This document shows, piece after piece, positions 8,282 through 18,141 of a stretch of 64,000 nt of DNA. The position numbers and the translations under genes are program-made. This DNA is from a phage. The stretch lies in sequence record PZ445439.1; one strand, written 5' to 3'. The notes beneath the pieces are model-generated. The model did no database searches. It worked only from the letters and a program-made list of their open reading frames with translations, and was not told where the DNA came from. Numbering within the stretch: position 1 is the stretch's first letter; every line of letters begins with the position of its first letter.

Positions 8282-10095
8282 TGATGCTTAACCCTATGCA
8301 TGATTTCTTTATTTTTGCCGAGATTAAATCCGCGTTCATTCGGATTTCCCAAATAGCCGCATGTTCTTCTTATGGTATTCATCTTTTTAGGATCAGTTTC
8401 TCCACAAATAGAACAAACAAATCCGTTTTCAGTAGGAGTCATTTCATGGGTACTTCCACACGTAAAACATTTATCTACTGGCATGTTAACGCCAAAATAA
8501 TCTAAATGCTGTGCAGCATAATCCCATACGGCCTCAAGACCTTTTAGGTTGTTTTTCATATCAGGAAGTTCAACATAAGAAATGTGACCACCTGTCGCAA
8601 TGAAATGATATGGTGCTTCACGAGAAATTTTTTCAAACGGAGTAATATTTTCTTCTACTGAAACGTGGAAACTGTTAGTGTACCATCCTTTATCAGTAAC
8701 ATCCTTTACACTTCCATATTTTTCAGTATCAAGTTTACAGAAGCGATAACAAAGGTTTTCAGCGGGGGTAGAATACAAGCTAAAAGCAAAACCGGTTCTT
8801 TCAGTCCACTGCTTAAGACGAGCATTCATTTTAGATAAAATTTCTTGTCCAATATCACGACCGACAAGAATATTCAATTCGTGAATACCAATGTATCCTA
8901 GGGACACTGAACTTCTACCGTTTTTAAATAACTCAATTATATCATCATCCGGTTTAAGACGAACCCCGAATGCACCTTCTTGGTAAAGAATAGGAGCAAC
9001 AGTCGCTTTAACTCCTTTTAAAGAACTAATTCTACACATCAAAGCTTCAAAACACAAATCCATTCGCTCATTGAATAATTCGGCAAATTTCTGTTCATTG
9101 AACTGTGTTCCAATATAAGAATCTAACGCAATGCGTGGAAGATTCAGCGTTACAACACCAAGATTATTACGTCCATCAAGAATTTCATTACCAGTCGAAT
9201 CTTTCCATACGCTCAAGAAACTACGGCAACCCATCGGAGAAACAGGAATAGATGAACCGGTGATAGCTTTATTGTTTTTAGCTGAAATAATATCAGGATA
9301 CATCCTTTTGCTTGCGCACTCTAGAGCAAGCTGCTTAATATCATAGTTCGGATCGTCTTTATAAAGATTAACGCCTTCTTCAACAAACATAACAAGCTTA
9401 GGGAAAATAGGAGTTATCCCATCACGACCGAGACCTTTAATACGATTTTTCAGAATTGCTTTCTGAATCATTCGTTCAGTCCAGTCAGTTCCCGTACCAA
9501 ATGTAATTGTTACAAAAGGCGTTTGTCCATTTGAACTAAAGAGAGTATTTACTTCATATTCATAAGCTTGGAATGCATCGTATACGTCTTTTTCTGTTTT
9601 AGATTGGGCATAATTCAACGCATCAGCAATTTGCCATTTTTCTGCATCCTCGATATGTTTTGCATAGGTGCGTTTAACATAAGGAGAAAGTACTTTATCT
9701 ACATTCGCAAAAGTCGTTCCGCCATATTGATGAGAAGCAACTTGTGCAGTAATTTGCGCCATAATTGCAGTAGCAACACCGATTGATTTAGGTGTTTCAA
9801 TCTGCGCATTACCGAGCTTAAATCCGTTCTCAAGCATTCCTTTTAAATCTACTAAACAGCAATTAGTAAATGGAAGAGCAGGGGAATAATCAATATCATG
9901 GAAATGAATAATTCCGCTTTCATGCGCTTTCATAATAAAAGACGGGACCATATTTTTGGCAATGTGTTTAGACACAATACCAGCCATAAGGTCCCGTTGA
10001 GTTGGAAAAACACGAGAATCTTTATTAGCATTCTCGTTTAAAAGGTCTTTATTAGTTTTATGAATCAATCCTTCAATTTCTTTTTCAATTGTCAT
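8278..10095 (-). CDS. nrdD: anaerobic ribonucleoside-triphosphate reductase
   Basis: 605 aa; C-terminal Cys cluster and glycyl-radical motif RRTCGYLG; contiguous ORF without intron. Confidence 0.92.
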   Translation of the reverse strand: MTIEKEIEGLIHKTNKDLLNENANKDSRVFPTQRDLMAGIVSKHIAKNMVPSFIMKAHESGIIHFHDIDYSPALPFTNCCLVDLKGMLENGFKLGNAQIETPKSIGVATAIMAQITAQVASHQYGGTTFANVDKVLSPYVKRTYAKHIEDAEKWQIADALNYAQSKTEKDVYDAFQAYEYEVNTLFSSNGQTPFVTITFGTGTDWTERMIQKAILKNRIKGLGRDGITPIFPKLVMFVEEGVNLYKDDPNYDIKQLALECASKRMYPDIISAKNNKAITGSSIPVSPMGCRSFLSVWKDSTGNEILDGRNNLGVVTLNLPRIALDSYIGTQFNEQKFAELFNERMDLCFEALMCRISSLKGVKATVAPILYQEGAFGVRLKPDDDIIELFKNGRSSVSLGYIGIHELNILVGRDIGQEILSKMNARLKQWTERTGFAFSLYSTPAENLCYRFCKLDTEKYGSVKDVTDKGWYTNSFHVSVEENITPFEKISREAPYHFIATGGHISYVELPDMKNNLKGLEAVWDYAAQHLDYFGVNMPVDKCFTCGSTHEMTPTENGFVCSICGETDPKKMNTIRRTCGYLGNPNERGFNLGKNKEIMHRVKHQ

Positions 10096-10565
10096 TTTAA
10101 ACTCTTTCTAAGCTGCTTCTTAAATGAAGCTATTAACTGTGTTTTAGTGTCAGATTCATTATATTCAAATCCTCTTTGAAGCATCTCAGCCATCATTTCC
10201 TCTTTTCCTAAACGAGAAAATTCCTTTGATTTATCTCCAACAAAGTTAGGGTGAATATTGTTTTGGGTGTAATCGGATTTTAAATAAGTAAGTAAATTTT
10301 CTAACCATTCAAGATAATCAACGCCTTGTCCCTTTAAACCAGAACGATTAAATTTGTGCTTCATTTGACCTTCTGCAGCATTACACAGATTACATAACAA
10401 TCCACGTACCTTTCCTGCTTTCGGTCCATTTAATTCATGGTCATGATCGAGGTGATTAGCTTGAACATCAGGATTTAATTCTCGTTGGCAAATTAAGCAT
10501 TTACCATTTTGTGCATTATAAAATTTTTGTTTTTCTTCTTTATATAATTTGCCAGTCAATAACAT
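10092..10565 (-). CDS. 49: endonuclease VII (Holliday junction resolvase)
   Basis: 157 aa; Cys4 zinc site plus DHDHELNG...LLCNLCN His-Asn nuclease motif; same length as T4 gp49. Confidence 0.85.
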   Translation of the reverse strand: MLLTGKLYKEEKQKFYNAQNGKCLICQRELNPDVQANHLDHDHELNGPKAGKVRGLLCNLCNAAEGQMKHKFNRSGLKGQGVDYLEWLENLLTYLKSDYTQNNIHPNFVGDKSKEFSRLGKEEMMAEMLQRGFEYNESDTKTQLIASFKKQLRKSLK

Positions 10566-10614
10566 AATAAAACCCTTACCTTAAATAGATAAGGGTATTT
10601 ATTATTTTCAAGTA

Positions 10615-11079
10615 TTAAAACGCTCGGTCAGAAAAAGAAATTTGGGTTTCAAGCCATTCAATGTATTCTGCGGCAGCTTGCATCAAATTTCCTTCGTAGC
10701 CATCGTTATTTTCTTGTGAAGCTAATTTAGCTAATGCATATGAAATACGTTCACCTTGAAAAGCGGCTTTAGGCTTCTGGGCAGCTTGATTAGTTCGTTC
10801 TACGACTTCTTCAATTTCACCATTTTCTACTGATTCAGTATTCCACAAACACCAATACGTAATTGGCTTATCATAGATGTTAATAATCTTTCCATCAGAA
10901 AGTTCAATTTCAATAATTCCAGTATCAGGTTCTATATCATCTTCACATTCTTTTGCAAGTTCACGAACTTTAAAGACAGTACCTGCACTAAGTTCCGGCC
11001 AGTAATTACACAGCCCTTTATCAGCACGATTAATTCTAAACCACTTATCTACTGTAATCATGTCCCATCTCCATATCAA
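10615..11079 (-). CDS. hypothetical acidic protein (positional equivalent of T4 pin)
   Basis: 154 aa ORF immediately upstream of gene 49; assignment by position only. Confidence 0.4.
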   Translation of the reverse strand: MIWRWDMITVDKWFRINRADKGLCNYWPELSAGTVFKVRELAKECEDDIEPDTGIIEIELSDGKIINIYDKPITYWCLWNTESVENGEIEEVVERTNQAAQKPKAAFQGERISYALAKLASQENNDGYEGNLMQAAAEYIEWLETQISFSDRAF

Positions 11080-11184
11080 TTAAGTCATTTATCGTTGGTT
11101 CATTATATACTGTTTCTTCATCAGTGTAAACCGGTTCTTCCGGCTCTGGCTCTACAGTTTCCCATCTAGCCGCCCACCAAGGTT

Positions 11185-11505
11185 TTATAGCGTAATCCAT
11201 TCTCGTACTGTCTGAGTTACTACACGTTCACGGGGCTCGACTAGTTCAACAGTCGGAACTGCATAATACCAGTCAGAATGATAAGAACCTGATCGAGATT
11301 CATTTACCGCTACATGTACATTATGTTTTGGACTAAAGTAAACGCACTGACGATATTGGCATTTACCATCTTGCACCCAATCTTCTATTTCGACAGGTTT
11401 AAGATAATCCGAAAAATCGAAATCATAATTTTCTGAAAATGCATCGTGGTCTTCAATAATTTCACTCAGAACTGCATCAACATCTAATTTATTTTCAATA
11501 GTCAT
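11185..11505 (-). CDS. hypothetical protein
   Basis: 106 aa acidic ORF. Confidence 0.4.
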   Translation of the reverse strand: MTIENKLDVDAVLSEIIEDHDAFSENYDFDFSDYLKPVEIEDWVQDGKCQYRQCVYFSPKHNVHVAVNESRSGSYHSDWYYAVPTVELVEPRERVVTQTVREWITL

Positions 11506-11515
11506 TTGTCACCAC

Positions 11516-11725
11516 TTAATTTCGCAATTTATTAAGTTCTTCATAATCAATCCAGGATTCTAATCCTGATGGCAAATCAGATTCAATTTCCCAAAGAAGT
11601 TCTTCAATTTTCTGAAGACGATCCAATTCTTCAGCTGGAATAGTAACCATTGCCGGAGCTCTTGCTGCACTAATATCGTAAATCATATTTACCCCAGTTT
11701 GACCATGCAATCGCCATATTTCCAC
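11516..11725 (-). CDS. hypothetical small protein
   Basis: 69 aa ORF. Confidence 0.35.
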   Translation of the reverse strand: MEIWRLHGQTGVNMIYDISAARAPAMVTIPAEELDRLQKIEELLWEIESDLPSGLESWIDYEELNKLRN

Positions 11726-11904
11726 TTAGAAATAGACTTTTCGCCATTAGAATAATAAACTTCGAGTTTAGCACGGTTATTTTTAATTTGAATAACCTTA
11801 GCTGTCATCAAAGTTCCATACCCATAGTAAACTGCAACTTCATCACCTACATATACCGCGCTTCCGCGGTAGTCATGGATATAATCAGTTCCTTCGAGCA
11901 TCAT
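11689..11904 (-). CDS. hypothetical small protein
   Basis: 71 aa ORF, coupled to nrdC. Confidence 0.4.
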   Translation of the reverse strand: MMLEGTDYIHDYRGSAVYVGDEVAVYYGYGTLMTAKVIQIKNNRAKLEVYYSNGEKSISKWKYGDCMVKLG

Positions 11905-12164
11905 TTAAAGTATTCCCGCAATTGGTCAAATCCACCAATATGACTTCCATCAGGAGCAAATACCTGAGGCATCGTCAAGCCGATTTGAGTATCACGACCT
12001 AGTTTCGTCAGAAGCTCAGCAATTTTCTCATCATCAAAAACACCTTTTTCCGGCATAATGTTGATAAATTCAAACGGCTGCTTCTTCACGGTCAAAAGAC
12101 GTTTTGCATTATCGCAATACACACATTTATGGATGTTGCTATCATAACCATATACTTTAAACAT
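11901..12164 (-). CDS. nrdC: thioredoxin/glutaredoxin (T4 thioredoxin)
   Basis: 87 aa; active site CVYC; same length as T4 NrdC. Confidence 0.85.
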   Translation of the reverse strand: MFKVYGYDSNIHKCVYCDNAKRLLTVKKQPFEFINIMPEKGVFDDEKIAELLTKLGRDTQIGLTMPQVFAPDGSHIGGFDQLREYFK

Positions 12165-12423
12165 AATATTCCTTAATTCCTAGTACTTGTTTAAAAGTCT
12201 CGTCGTAATCAAGACTTTGGCCCGTTTGTTCTTTATGTTTGTATATAATATCACTTACTTCTGATAGCATATTTTTATATGAACGAGTTAAAGCAGATTT
12301 AAGCACGCTGTATCTATCAGGAAATTTACCATGTTCATTATAATAAGCTATTGCTAATTCACGGACTGCCTTTTCAGCAGCCTCCATATATTCTTTACGC
12401 TTGGTCATTTTCTTCTCGGTCAA
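12157..12423 (-). CDS. hypothetical protein
   Basis: 88 aa ORF. Confidence 0.4.
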   Translation of the reverse strand: MTEKKMTKRKEYMEAAEKAVRELAIAYYNEHGKFPDRYSVLKSALTRSYKNMLSEVSDIIYKHKEQTGQSLDYDETFKQVLGIKEYYV

Positions 12424-12712
12424 ATCGGTGTTTACAATGGCGACATTTATAACGAAGATTACTATTCTGCCAATGAACTAATTGTACCTGTTCAGTGCCG
12501 CACTTTGGGCAATTAGGAATATTCTTAGAAGCTCTTTCACGTCGTTCAACCATGGCCATAATAGCATCCCATGCTGGAGGTTTAAAATCTAAATCGTCGC
12601 AACCATGAATCTTTCCACGCATTTCCATATCATCTTCCTCACCAGCCATAATAATTTTAATTAAACTGGAATTACTTGAAGCTGCGATGTCTTCTAATAA
12701 ACGCTTTTTCAT
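12395..12712 (-). CDS. hypothetical zinc-ribbon protein
   Basis: 105 aa; CPKC...CRHC motif. Confidence 0.4.
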   Translation of the reverse strand: MKKRLLEDIAASSNSSLIKIIMAGEEDDMEMRGKIHGCDDLDFKPPAWDAIMAMVERRERASKNIPNCPKCGTEQVQLVHWQNSNLRYKCRHCKHRFDREENDQA

Positions 12713-13638
12713 TTCAATACCTCGATGGCATTACGTAAACCATTTGCTTTGGCGGTTAAAGCCTTAAGAACTTTAGTATGCTCTTCAATTTGTTTTTCAA
12801 CTTCAGCCAAACGTACATTGAGATATTCACGTTCTTCGCTCAGATTATCAACCTTTTCTACTTTAGGTTCTTTTATAACTGACTTATATGTATTAGGGTT
12901 CTTCAGTTTAATTAGAATGCGTGAACTATATAACATTGAACCATTATCTTCGGTTTCGTCATACATTTCTACTACGTCCATGATTTTTAACATCATGCGA
13001 AGTTTATAAGACAACGAACGAATAGTTTTGTTGTGCTTATTAATTTCTTTAGCTGTCATGATGCCGAGATTACGTGAGTAATAATAAGGAACCTGGATAT
13101 TAATTAATACTGATGAACCACCTGGCTTGTGTGTTACTTCATCAGCAATAACCCAGTCCTTAACATGAACTGTATTTGTACGATCATCGCCCGCGGTAAA
13201 TAGTTTACGAGCATGCTTAAAAAGCATATTCACTTGGTCATTGAATTGACAAGCAAATTTATCAGCAAATTTAGTTTCAGGAATGGTAGATAACCAATCA
13301 GCCAAATGGGTCTTTTTAACATCATTAACAATAGTAAATTCAACCAAATCGGTTATAGATGTCTCAGATTTAATGAAGCTCGGCTTCATAAAGTTTTTAA
13401 TGTTCTCATGAGCTACAGTAGAAGATAACATACGAGAACGTTTAAACCATTCAAGCAAATTTCCTAACGAATGAGAATAAGCATTCTGAGTATCTTTACA
13501 GATATGATTTTCCTGTCCAACATATTGAAGGAAATCACGAAGAATATTATTAACTACTGCTCTGTGTCCTATCTGATAATTGCGATGTTTAGTAATAAGA
13601 CTGTTAAAATAATCAATATAATGTTTACGAGTTTTCAT
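12709..13638 (-). CDS. hypothetical protein with C-terminal coiled coil (paralogue family member 1)
   Basis: 309 aa; N-terminus MKTRKHYIDYFNSLI; C-terminal heptad-repeat segment. Confidence 0.5.
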   Translation of the reverse strand: MKTRKHYIDYFNSLITKHRNYQIGHRAVVNNILRDFLQYVGQENHICKDTQNAYSHSLGNLLEWFKRSRMLSSTVAHENIKNFMKPSFIKSETSITDLVEFTIVNDVKKTHLADWLSTIPETKFADKFACQFNDQVNMLFKHARKLFTAGDDRTNTVHVKDWVIADEVTHKPGGSSVLINIQVPYYYSRNLGIMTAKEINKHNKTIRSLSYKLRMMLKIMDVVEMYDETEDNGSMLYSSRILIKLKNPNTYKSVIKEPKVEKVDNLSEEREYLNVRLAEVEKQIEEHTKVLKALTAKANGLRNAIEVLK

Positions 13639-13692
13639 ATTCTTCTCACTTAGTTAATGATTTATGCTCCAAGCCATCCTTGGCTTTAAATT

Positions 13693-14694
13693 TTACTTAA
13701 TTAACTGTAAAGCTTGTTCAAGACGATCAAGACGATTAACAGATTCTTCCCAAATCCTTTTAGCCTGTTCATATTCTTTCTGCGCTTTATTAGAAATTTC
13801 TAGAACTTCTTTATAAGCTTTTTCTAGTGCAATAACTTCTGGACGAATTTCTACCGGTTCGGGTGAATCATCAAGACATTCCATTAGTTCCTCAAGAGTA
13901 GTTTCTTCTTTAGGAGTATTCACAATTTCCTCGCATTTTTGTTGATAAATTTCTTTATCAGTCGGTGAGTACGCGCATTTCACTTCACGAAGGCTAATTA
14001 TAATTTTATATCCTTCCCAACCACATATATTTTTGAAAGGATACGTATGAATACTTTTTACAGTTTCCATACAGCCCAAAGCCGCCTCTAACTGATGGGT
14101 TATAGTACTAGCAATTGAGAAAAATTTATTAATATTCTTTTGGTTAACTTCCGGTGTAAAAAATCCATAATTCACAAAAATAGCTACTTTATTTTTATCA
14201 AGCTCATATTCTTTTACGATAATCATATCAGAAGCTAAAGGATGAATTTGACGATAATCACCATAACATAATTTAGAAGCTGATTTTAAAATTTGTCCTT
14301 TAAAAAGTCTGAAATTACTAATCCAACGACGAGTAAAAATATTCTCAGGGTCTTCTTTATTATTAAGATGATAAGAATTAACATCACCGAACCAATTATA
14401 TCCTACTACATCTTTGGTTCGTTTAATTTCTTTCCCAAATTTACCAAAAATATCCCGATTAACCAAATATGAAAGAAGACGAGACCCTTTAAAGGTTTCC
14501 TTAATATCATCTTTATCTACACGGCTAGAAATTTTACAAACTTCATGAATAAATTTACTTGAAGAAACTATACTTGCATCAATACTATTGAGCCATTGAT
14601 TGATAATAGAAAGAACACCGTGATGACTAGACATGGGTTTAACTTTATCATCAATAACGCTATTGAATGATTTGATATATTCGTTACGAGTCAT
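13693..14694 (-). CDS. hypothetical protein with C-terminal coiled coil (paralogue family member 2)
   Basis: ATG at 14694 with GAGGAG RBS; MTRNEYIKSFNSVI N-terminus resembles neighbours. Confidence 0.5.
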   Translation of the reverse strand: MTRNEYIKSFNSVIDDKVKPMSSHHGVLSIINQWLNSIDASIVSSSKFIHEVCKISSRVDKDDIKETFKGSRLLSYLVNRDIFGKFGKEIKRTKDVVGYNWFGDVNSYHLNNKEDPENIFTRRWISNFRLFKGQILKSASKLCYGDYRQIHPLASDMIIVKEYELDKNKVAIFVNYGFFTPEVNQKNINKFFSIASTITHQLEAALGCMETVKSIHTYPFKNICGWEGYKIIISLREVKCAYSPTDKEIYQQKCEEIVNTPKEETTLEELMECLDDSPEPVEIRPEVIALEKAYKEVLEISNKAQKEYEQAKRIWEESVNRLDRLEQALQLIK

Positions 14695-14751
14695 AATAAT
14701 CTCCTCAGTAGAAAGTAAGAACATTATACCACATCCTTGTGGCAAAGTAAA

Positions 14752-15780
14752 CTAGTTCAGTGCATTTAGTGCATTGTTCAGTTTAGAACGTTGTTTTGTC
14801 AGATTTTGAACCCTTGACTGTGCTTGTTCTAACACCTTTTCAGCTTCTAGCATTTCATTAGTTGCTTTAACAAGTTCATCATCTACTGCTTTAAGAGACT
14901 TCTCAATCGCATCGGCGTGCCATTTTTCAACAGGTTTAAGACTCGGATTTTCAACAGGAAGAAAATTCACTTTATTGAATTTCCATGCATCATTATTACC
15001 TGAACTATACATCCAAAATTTAGGATCGTTTGATAAGTAATTAGATAAATTTAAGTTATAGTTATCTTGCACTTCCTGTTTTTTCTCTTGCGGGACTTCG
15101 TCCTTTCTCAAATAATCATATTTAAATGAAACGACCATATCAAGTTCATATGTTGTCGTATCTAATTTAAATCGTTCGAAATGCTGCGAAATCTTAGACT
15201 GAACAGCGGAAACAACATCCATATACTTAAATGCTTCTGTCAATTGTGATTTAAGGCATTCGCAAATTGAAAGAGAATTTTTTGTATTAGGTTTAAAGCT
15301 AATTCGTGCAGTTCTGTTATTTTCTTTTAATGGTCTTACTTCCATCTGAAGAGTATAACCATCAAATTTCAGATTCTTTAAGTTAATGTCAGAGCCTTTT
15401 AATCGACTAGCAGTAGACAAAATTTGCTTTAATTGTCTACGGAACAGAGCAATAAATCTCCATTCAATACGATAATGATTTGGATTGAAAAATCCAGATG
15501 ATAAATCGACCTTACTTTGACCAACGCCTTGAACAAATAGAGGATTTTTATAATCAATAGTTTTACAGAAATCAACGAGTTGCTCGCGAGCAGTCATTTG
15601 TGTAATATACCCTGCTTTACTAAAATGACGTAACCATTCACTGCTATTCAAATGTTTAAAGGCATGAATGGAACAATTAACTTTACCAAGGTCTAAATTA
15701 TTTTCGCACAAAAATGTCATAGCATCACGAGTATAACTGGCATTACGAACAATATCTTCAATTTGAGAACGAGTTTTCAT
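14752..15780 (-). CDS. hypothetical protein with C-terminal coiled coil (paralogue family member 3)
   Basis: 342 aa; MKTRSQIEDI N-terminus; C-terminal coiled coil. Confidence 0.5.
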   Translation of the reverse strand: MKTRSQIEDIVRNASYTRDAMTFLCENNLDLGKVNCSIHAFKHLNSSEWLRHFSKAGYITQMTAREQLVDFCKTIDYKNPLFVQGVGQSKVDLSSGFFNPNHYRIEWRFIALFRRQLKQILSTASRLKGSDINLKNLKFDGYTLQMEVRPLKENNRTARISFKPNTKNSLSICECLKSQLTEAFKYMDVVSAVQSKISQHFERFKLDTTTYELDMVVSFKYDYLRKDEVPQEKKQEVQDNYNLNLSNYLSNDPKFWMYSSGNNDAWKFNKVNFLPVENPSLKPVEKWHADAIEKSLKAVDDELVKATNEMLEAEKVLEQAQSRVQNLTKQRSKLNNALNALN

Positions 15781-15788
15781 AGTATTCC

Positions 15789-16700
15789 TTAAGATTTAAG
15801 TAAATCAACAATTTTAATTAACTTTTCACGCTCAGATTTAGCTTTACTACTCAGTCCAGATAGTCTAAAAATTTCATCATCATATTGTTGAATAGAAATA
15901 TTCAGCTCTTCAATCTGCTTATTAAAATAATCAATTTGTTCAGAATGTTTTTCGTTACTACGAACTGGTACAGGTTTTGTAGGCAATTCAATTGAACTGG
16001 ATTCATCCGGGCGATAAATTAAAATACAACTTGAACCAATTGGACATTTTGCACCAGATGAATATTCTAATGTTCCAGATTCTTTTAAAACTTCAAAAGC
16101 TAAACAGAGATGATGGCCCATATTAACATAATCCGTAGAGCGAGCTCTGACGTAATAATCATCTCCACGAATACTAAATTTAAAACATTTAAGGTCTTCT
16201 GTATTATTAGTTTTAAAAATCATTTGTTTATCTAGACCTTTAGCCAATCGAGCGCCTAACGCTAATAATCGTCGTTGATTTTCCCATAAATCCGCAATCA
16301 TTTGGTCGAATGATAATTTCGGCATTAGTCGGCCATAAAGGTCGTATCCTTTATTATAATTGCGAAGGATTTCACTCGCGTTAATACGAGACAATGCTCC
16401 AATTTTATTAAGGGCTTTCATAATGCGATTAGATAAACTCATTCCAGATCCGTTTGTTCGCTGTAAATGTTTTTCTAATCCAAACCCAATATCAACTTTA
16501 AACTTATCTAAAATTTCAGCATGAACATCTCTGTCAATAACATTCAAATCCAAAGTTGAGTTAAATCTATGAAAAAATTTATCTGGCTCTCCACGACGAA
16601 ATACAGTCCATTCATTCATCATTTTTTTATTAACTAAAGATTTAATTACTGCATTGACATTATTAATTACTACTGACATATTTTCCTCACTCAATTTCAA
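15789..16700 (-). CDS. hypothetical protein with C-terminal coiled coil (paralogue family member 4, most diverged)
   Basis: 303 aa; C-terminal heptad segment. Confidence 0.45.
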   Translation of the reverse strand: MKLSEENMSVVINNVNAVIKSLVNKKMMNEWTVFRRGEPDKFFHRFNSTLDLNVIDRDVHAEILDKFKVDIGFGLEKHLQRTNGSGMSLSNRIMKALNKIGALSRINASEILRNYNKGYDLYGRLMPKLSFDQMIADLWENQRRLLALGARLAKGLDKQMIFKTNNTEDLKCFKFSIRGDDYYVRARSTDYVNMGHHLCLAFEVLKESGTLEYSSGAKCPIGSSCILIYRPDESSSIELPTKPVPVRSNEKHSEQIDYFNKQIEELNISIQQYDDEIFRLSGLSSKAKSEREKLIKIVDLLKS

Positions 16701-17094
16701 TTTTACTAAATATACAGAATAAGATGGAACAGACTATATAAGCACCACACACAGATTGAACTAATACCATTCCAAAGAACCAAACAATATTATCAAACAA
16801 TGTCTGTTTTACGTCGAAAGGACGTAAACTTACAGTAATATTATCACCTTTTTCTATTGAAGAATACATCTCTGGGGAAATATATTCACTAAATCTATAA
16901 CCGTCTTTTAGTTCATATACGGCAATAAACGATAAACTAGACCCTTTTCCTTGTGTTCCTGTAATGGTATTAACTATAGTAACATCATAATCTTTATAAT
17001 GCATATAATCATTAATAGCATAATAACCGTATGCAACTACTACACATAAACAACATATCAATAAATTCAATCTTTTAATTATCAACTGTTTCAT
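16687..17094 (-). CDS. membrane protein (two predicted TM helices)
   Basis: 135 aa; hydrophobic N- and C-terminal segments. Confidence 0.45.
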   Translation of the reverse strand: MKQLIIKRLNLLICCLCVVVAYGYYAINDYMHYKDYDVTIVNTITGTQGKGSSLSFIAVYELKDGYRFSEYISPEMYSSIEKGDNITVSLRPFDVKQTLFDNIVWFFGMVLVQSVCGAYIVCSILFCIFSKIEIE

Positions 17095-17149
17095 AATAAT
17101 CTCAATTAAAAGGGCTTAGAACCATTATACCATCCTTGGTATAAAGCGG

Positions 17150-17677
17150 TTATGCGAGTACCGTCTTTAACCGTTCTTCAAACTTCCGAAGAGTATTTTG
17201 GCGTTCAGCTCTTTGCTTTTTGTAAGTTTCAATACGCTCTGAAATGAGAGTGTATCGTTCATTCACTGATTCTTTCATAAAATCAGGAATTTCACGAGAA
17301 GCTTTAATCTCGTCAAATTTATCAATAACAGCTTGCTCTTCAGCAATTAAGTTATCATACATTAAAATATCTTTCTTGATGAACTCAATATCTTCTTGAG
17401 TTACACGAGATAATTTAGATGCTTTATCCTTTTTGTACTGTTCGTTAGTATCACGAGACCAATGTAATATACGATTTTTATTCGTATTCTTGTAAATTTC
17501 TACAATACCAATCTCATCAATAATAACGATCCAATTCCAACGGGATTTGTAAATTTGTCCTCCATCAACAGTGATTTCACCTCCGATTGAGATGTCATTA
17601 AAGAACTTGCTTTGTGCTTCAGATTTAAATTTACCATCGTTGTAATTTACCAAGTTGAAAATATCTTTAGCATTCAT
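17150..17677 (-). CDS. hypothetical protein
   Basis: ATG at 17677 preceded by GGAGG RBS and early promoter; track ORF start lies inside promoter. Confidence 0.5.
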   Translation of the reverse strand: MNAKDIFNLVNYNDGKFKSEAQSKFFNDISIGGEITVDGGQIYKSRWNWIVIIDEIGIVEIYKNTNKNRILHWSRDTNEQYKKDKASKLSRVTQEDIEFIKKDILMYDNLIAEEQAVIDKFDEIKASREIPDFMKESVNERYTLISERIETYKKQRAERQNTLRKFEERLKTVLA

Positions 17678-17691
17678 TTTCTGTTCCTCCG

Positions 17692-17714
17692 TAGTTGATA
17701 GTTGTATAGTACCA
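17692..17714 (-). repeat. 23-bp promoter-associated repeat tagttgatagttgtatagtacca (copy 1)
   Basis: exact copies also at 19131..19153 and 35274..35296; near copy 22705..22726. Confidence 0.8.
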
Positions 17715-17735
17715 CAGAGGAACAGTCTTGTAAAC
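17704..17735 (-). promoter_or_regulatory. T4 early-type promoter (-35 GTTTACA, -10 TACTAT)
   Basis: minus strand GTTTACA-18 nt-TACTATAC then GGAGG-ATG. Confidence 0.5.
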
Positions 17736-17737
17736 AA

Positions 17738-18040
17738 CTAAAAGAAACTTCTTTCACAATTTTTTCCACTGAACCAGGCGCTCACTGCTTTCTTAGTCTC
17801 GGGAGCAGTGTTATCCATAAACCATTCAAAGGCAGCCTTTTTATGATTCTGGAGGGCTTCTCGGGCTTTAATCTGCTCACGGTCTATTAACACTAACATA
17901 TGAGCCTTTCTTGTCACCAGGGGCTTCTTATGATTTTTTGAATACTCCCAATCATTTGTCCATCGCATTGTCGTTGCGAATTGAAGTACAGCTTCTTTAA
18001 TTTTAGTTTCGTAAATTTCACGAGCCTTTGAGTATAACAT
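17738..18040 (-). CDS. hypothetical protein
   Basis: ATG at 18040 with GGAGGT RBS. Confidence 0.45.
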   Translation of the reverse strand: MLYSKAREIYETKIKEAVLQFATTMRWTNDWEYSKNHKKPLVTRKAHMLVLIDREQIKAREALQNHKKAAFEWFMDNTAPETKKAVSAWFSGKNCERSFF

Positions 18041-18141
18041 TATTACCTCCATTTACCAGTTTAATTCTAGTCATCTTTTTGATGGCAGTCCATATAATCT
18101 ATTTCTGAACTGCCTTTTTGTCTTAGAAGGTCTCTTATGAA

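Noticed and set aside
8278-10095. Group I intron and intron endonuclease within nrdD
   Set aside because: Looked for an interruption as in T4, but the reading frame is continuous through the glycyl-radical motif.
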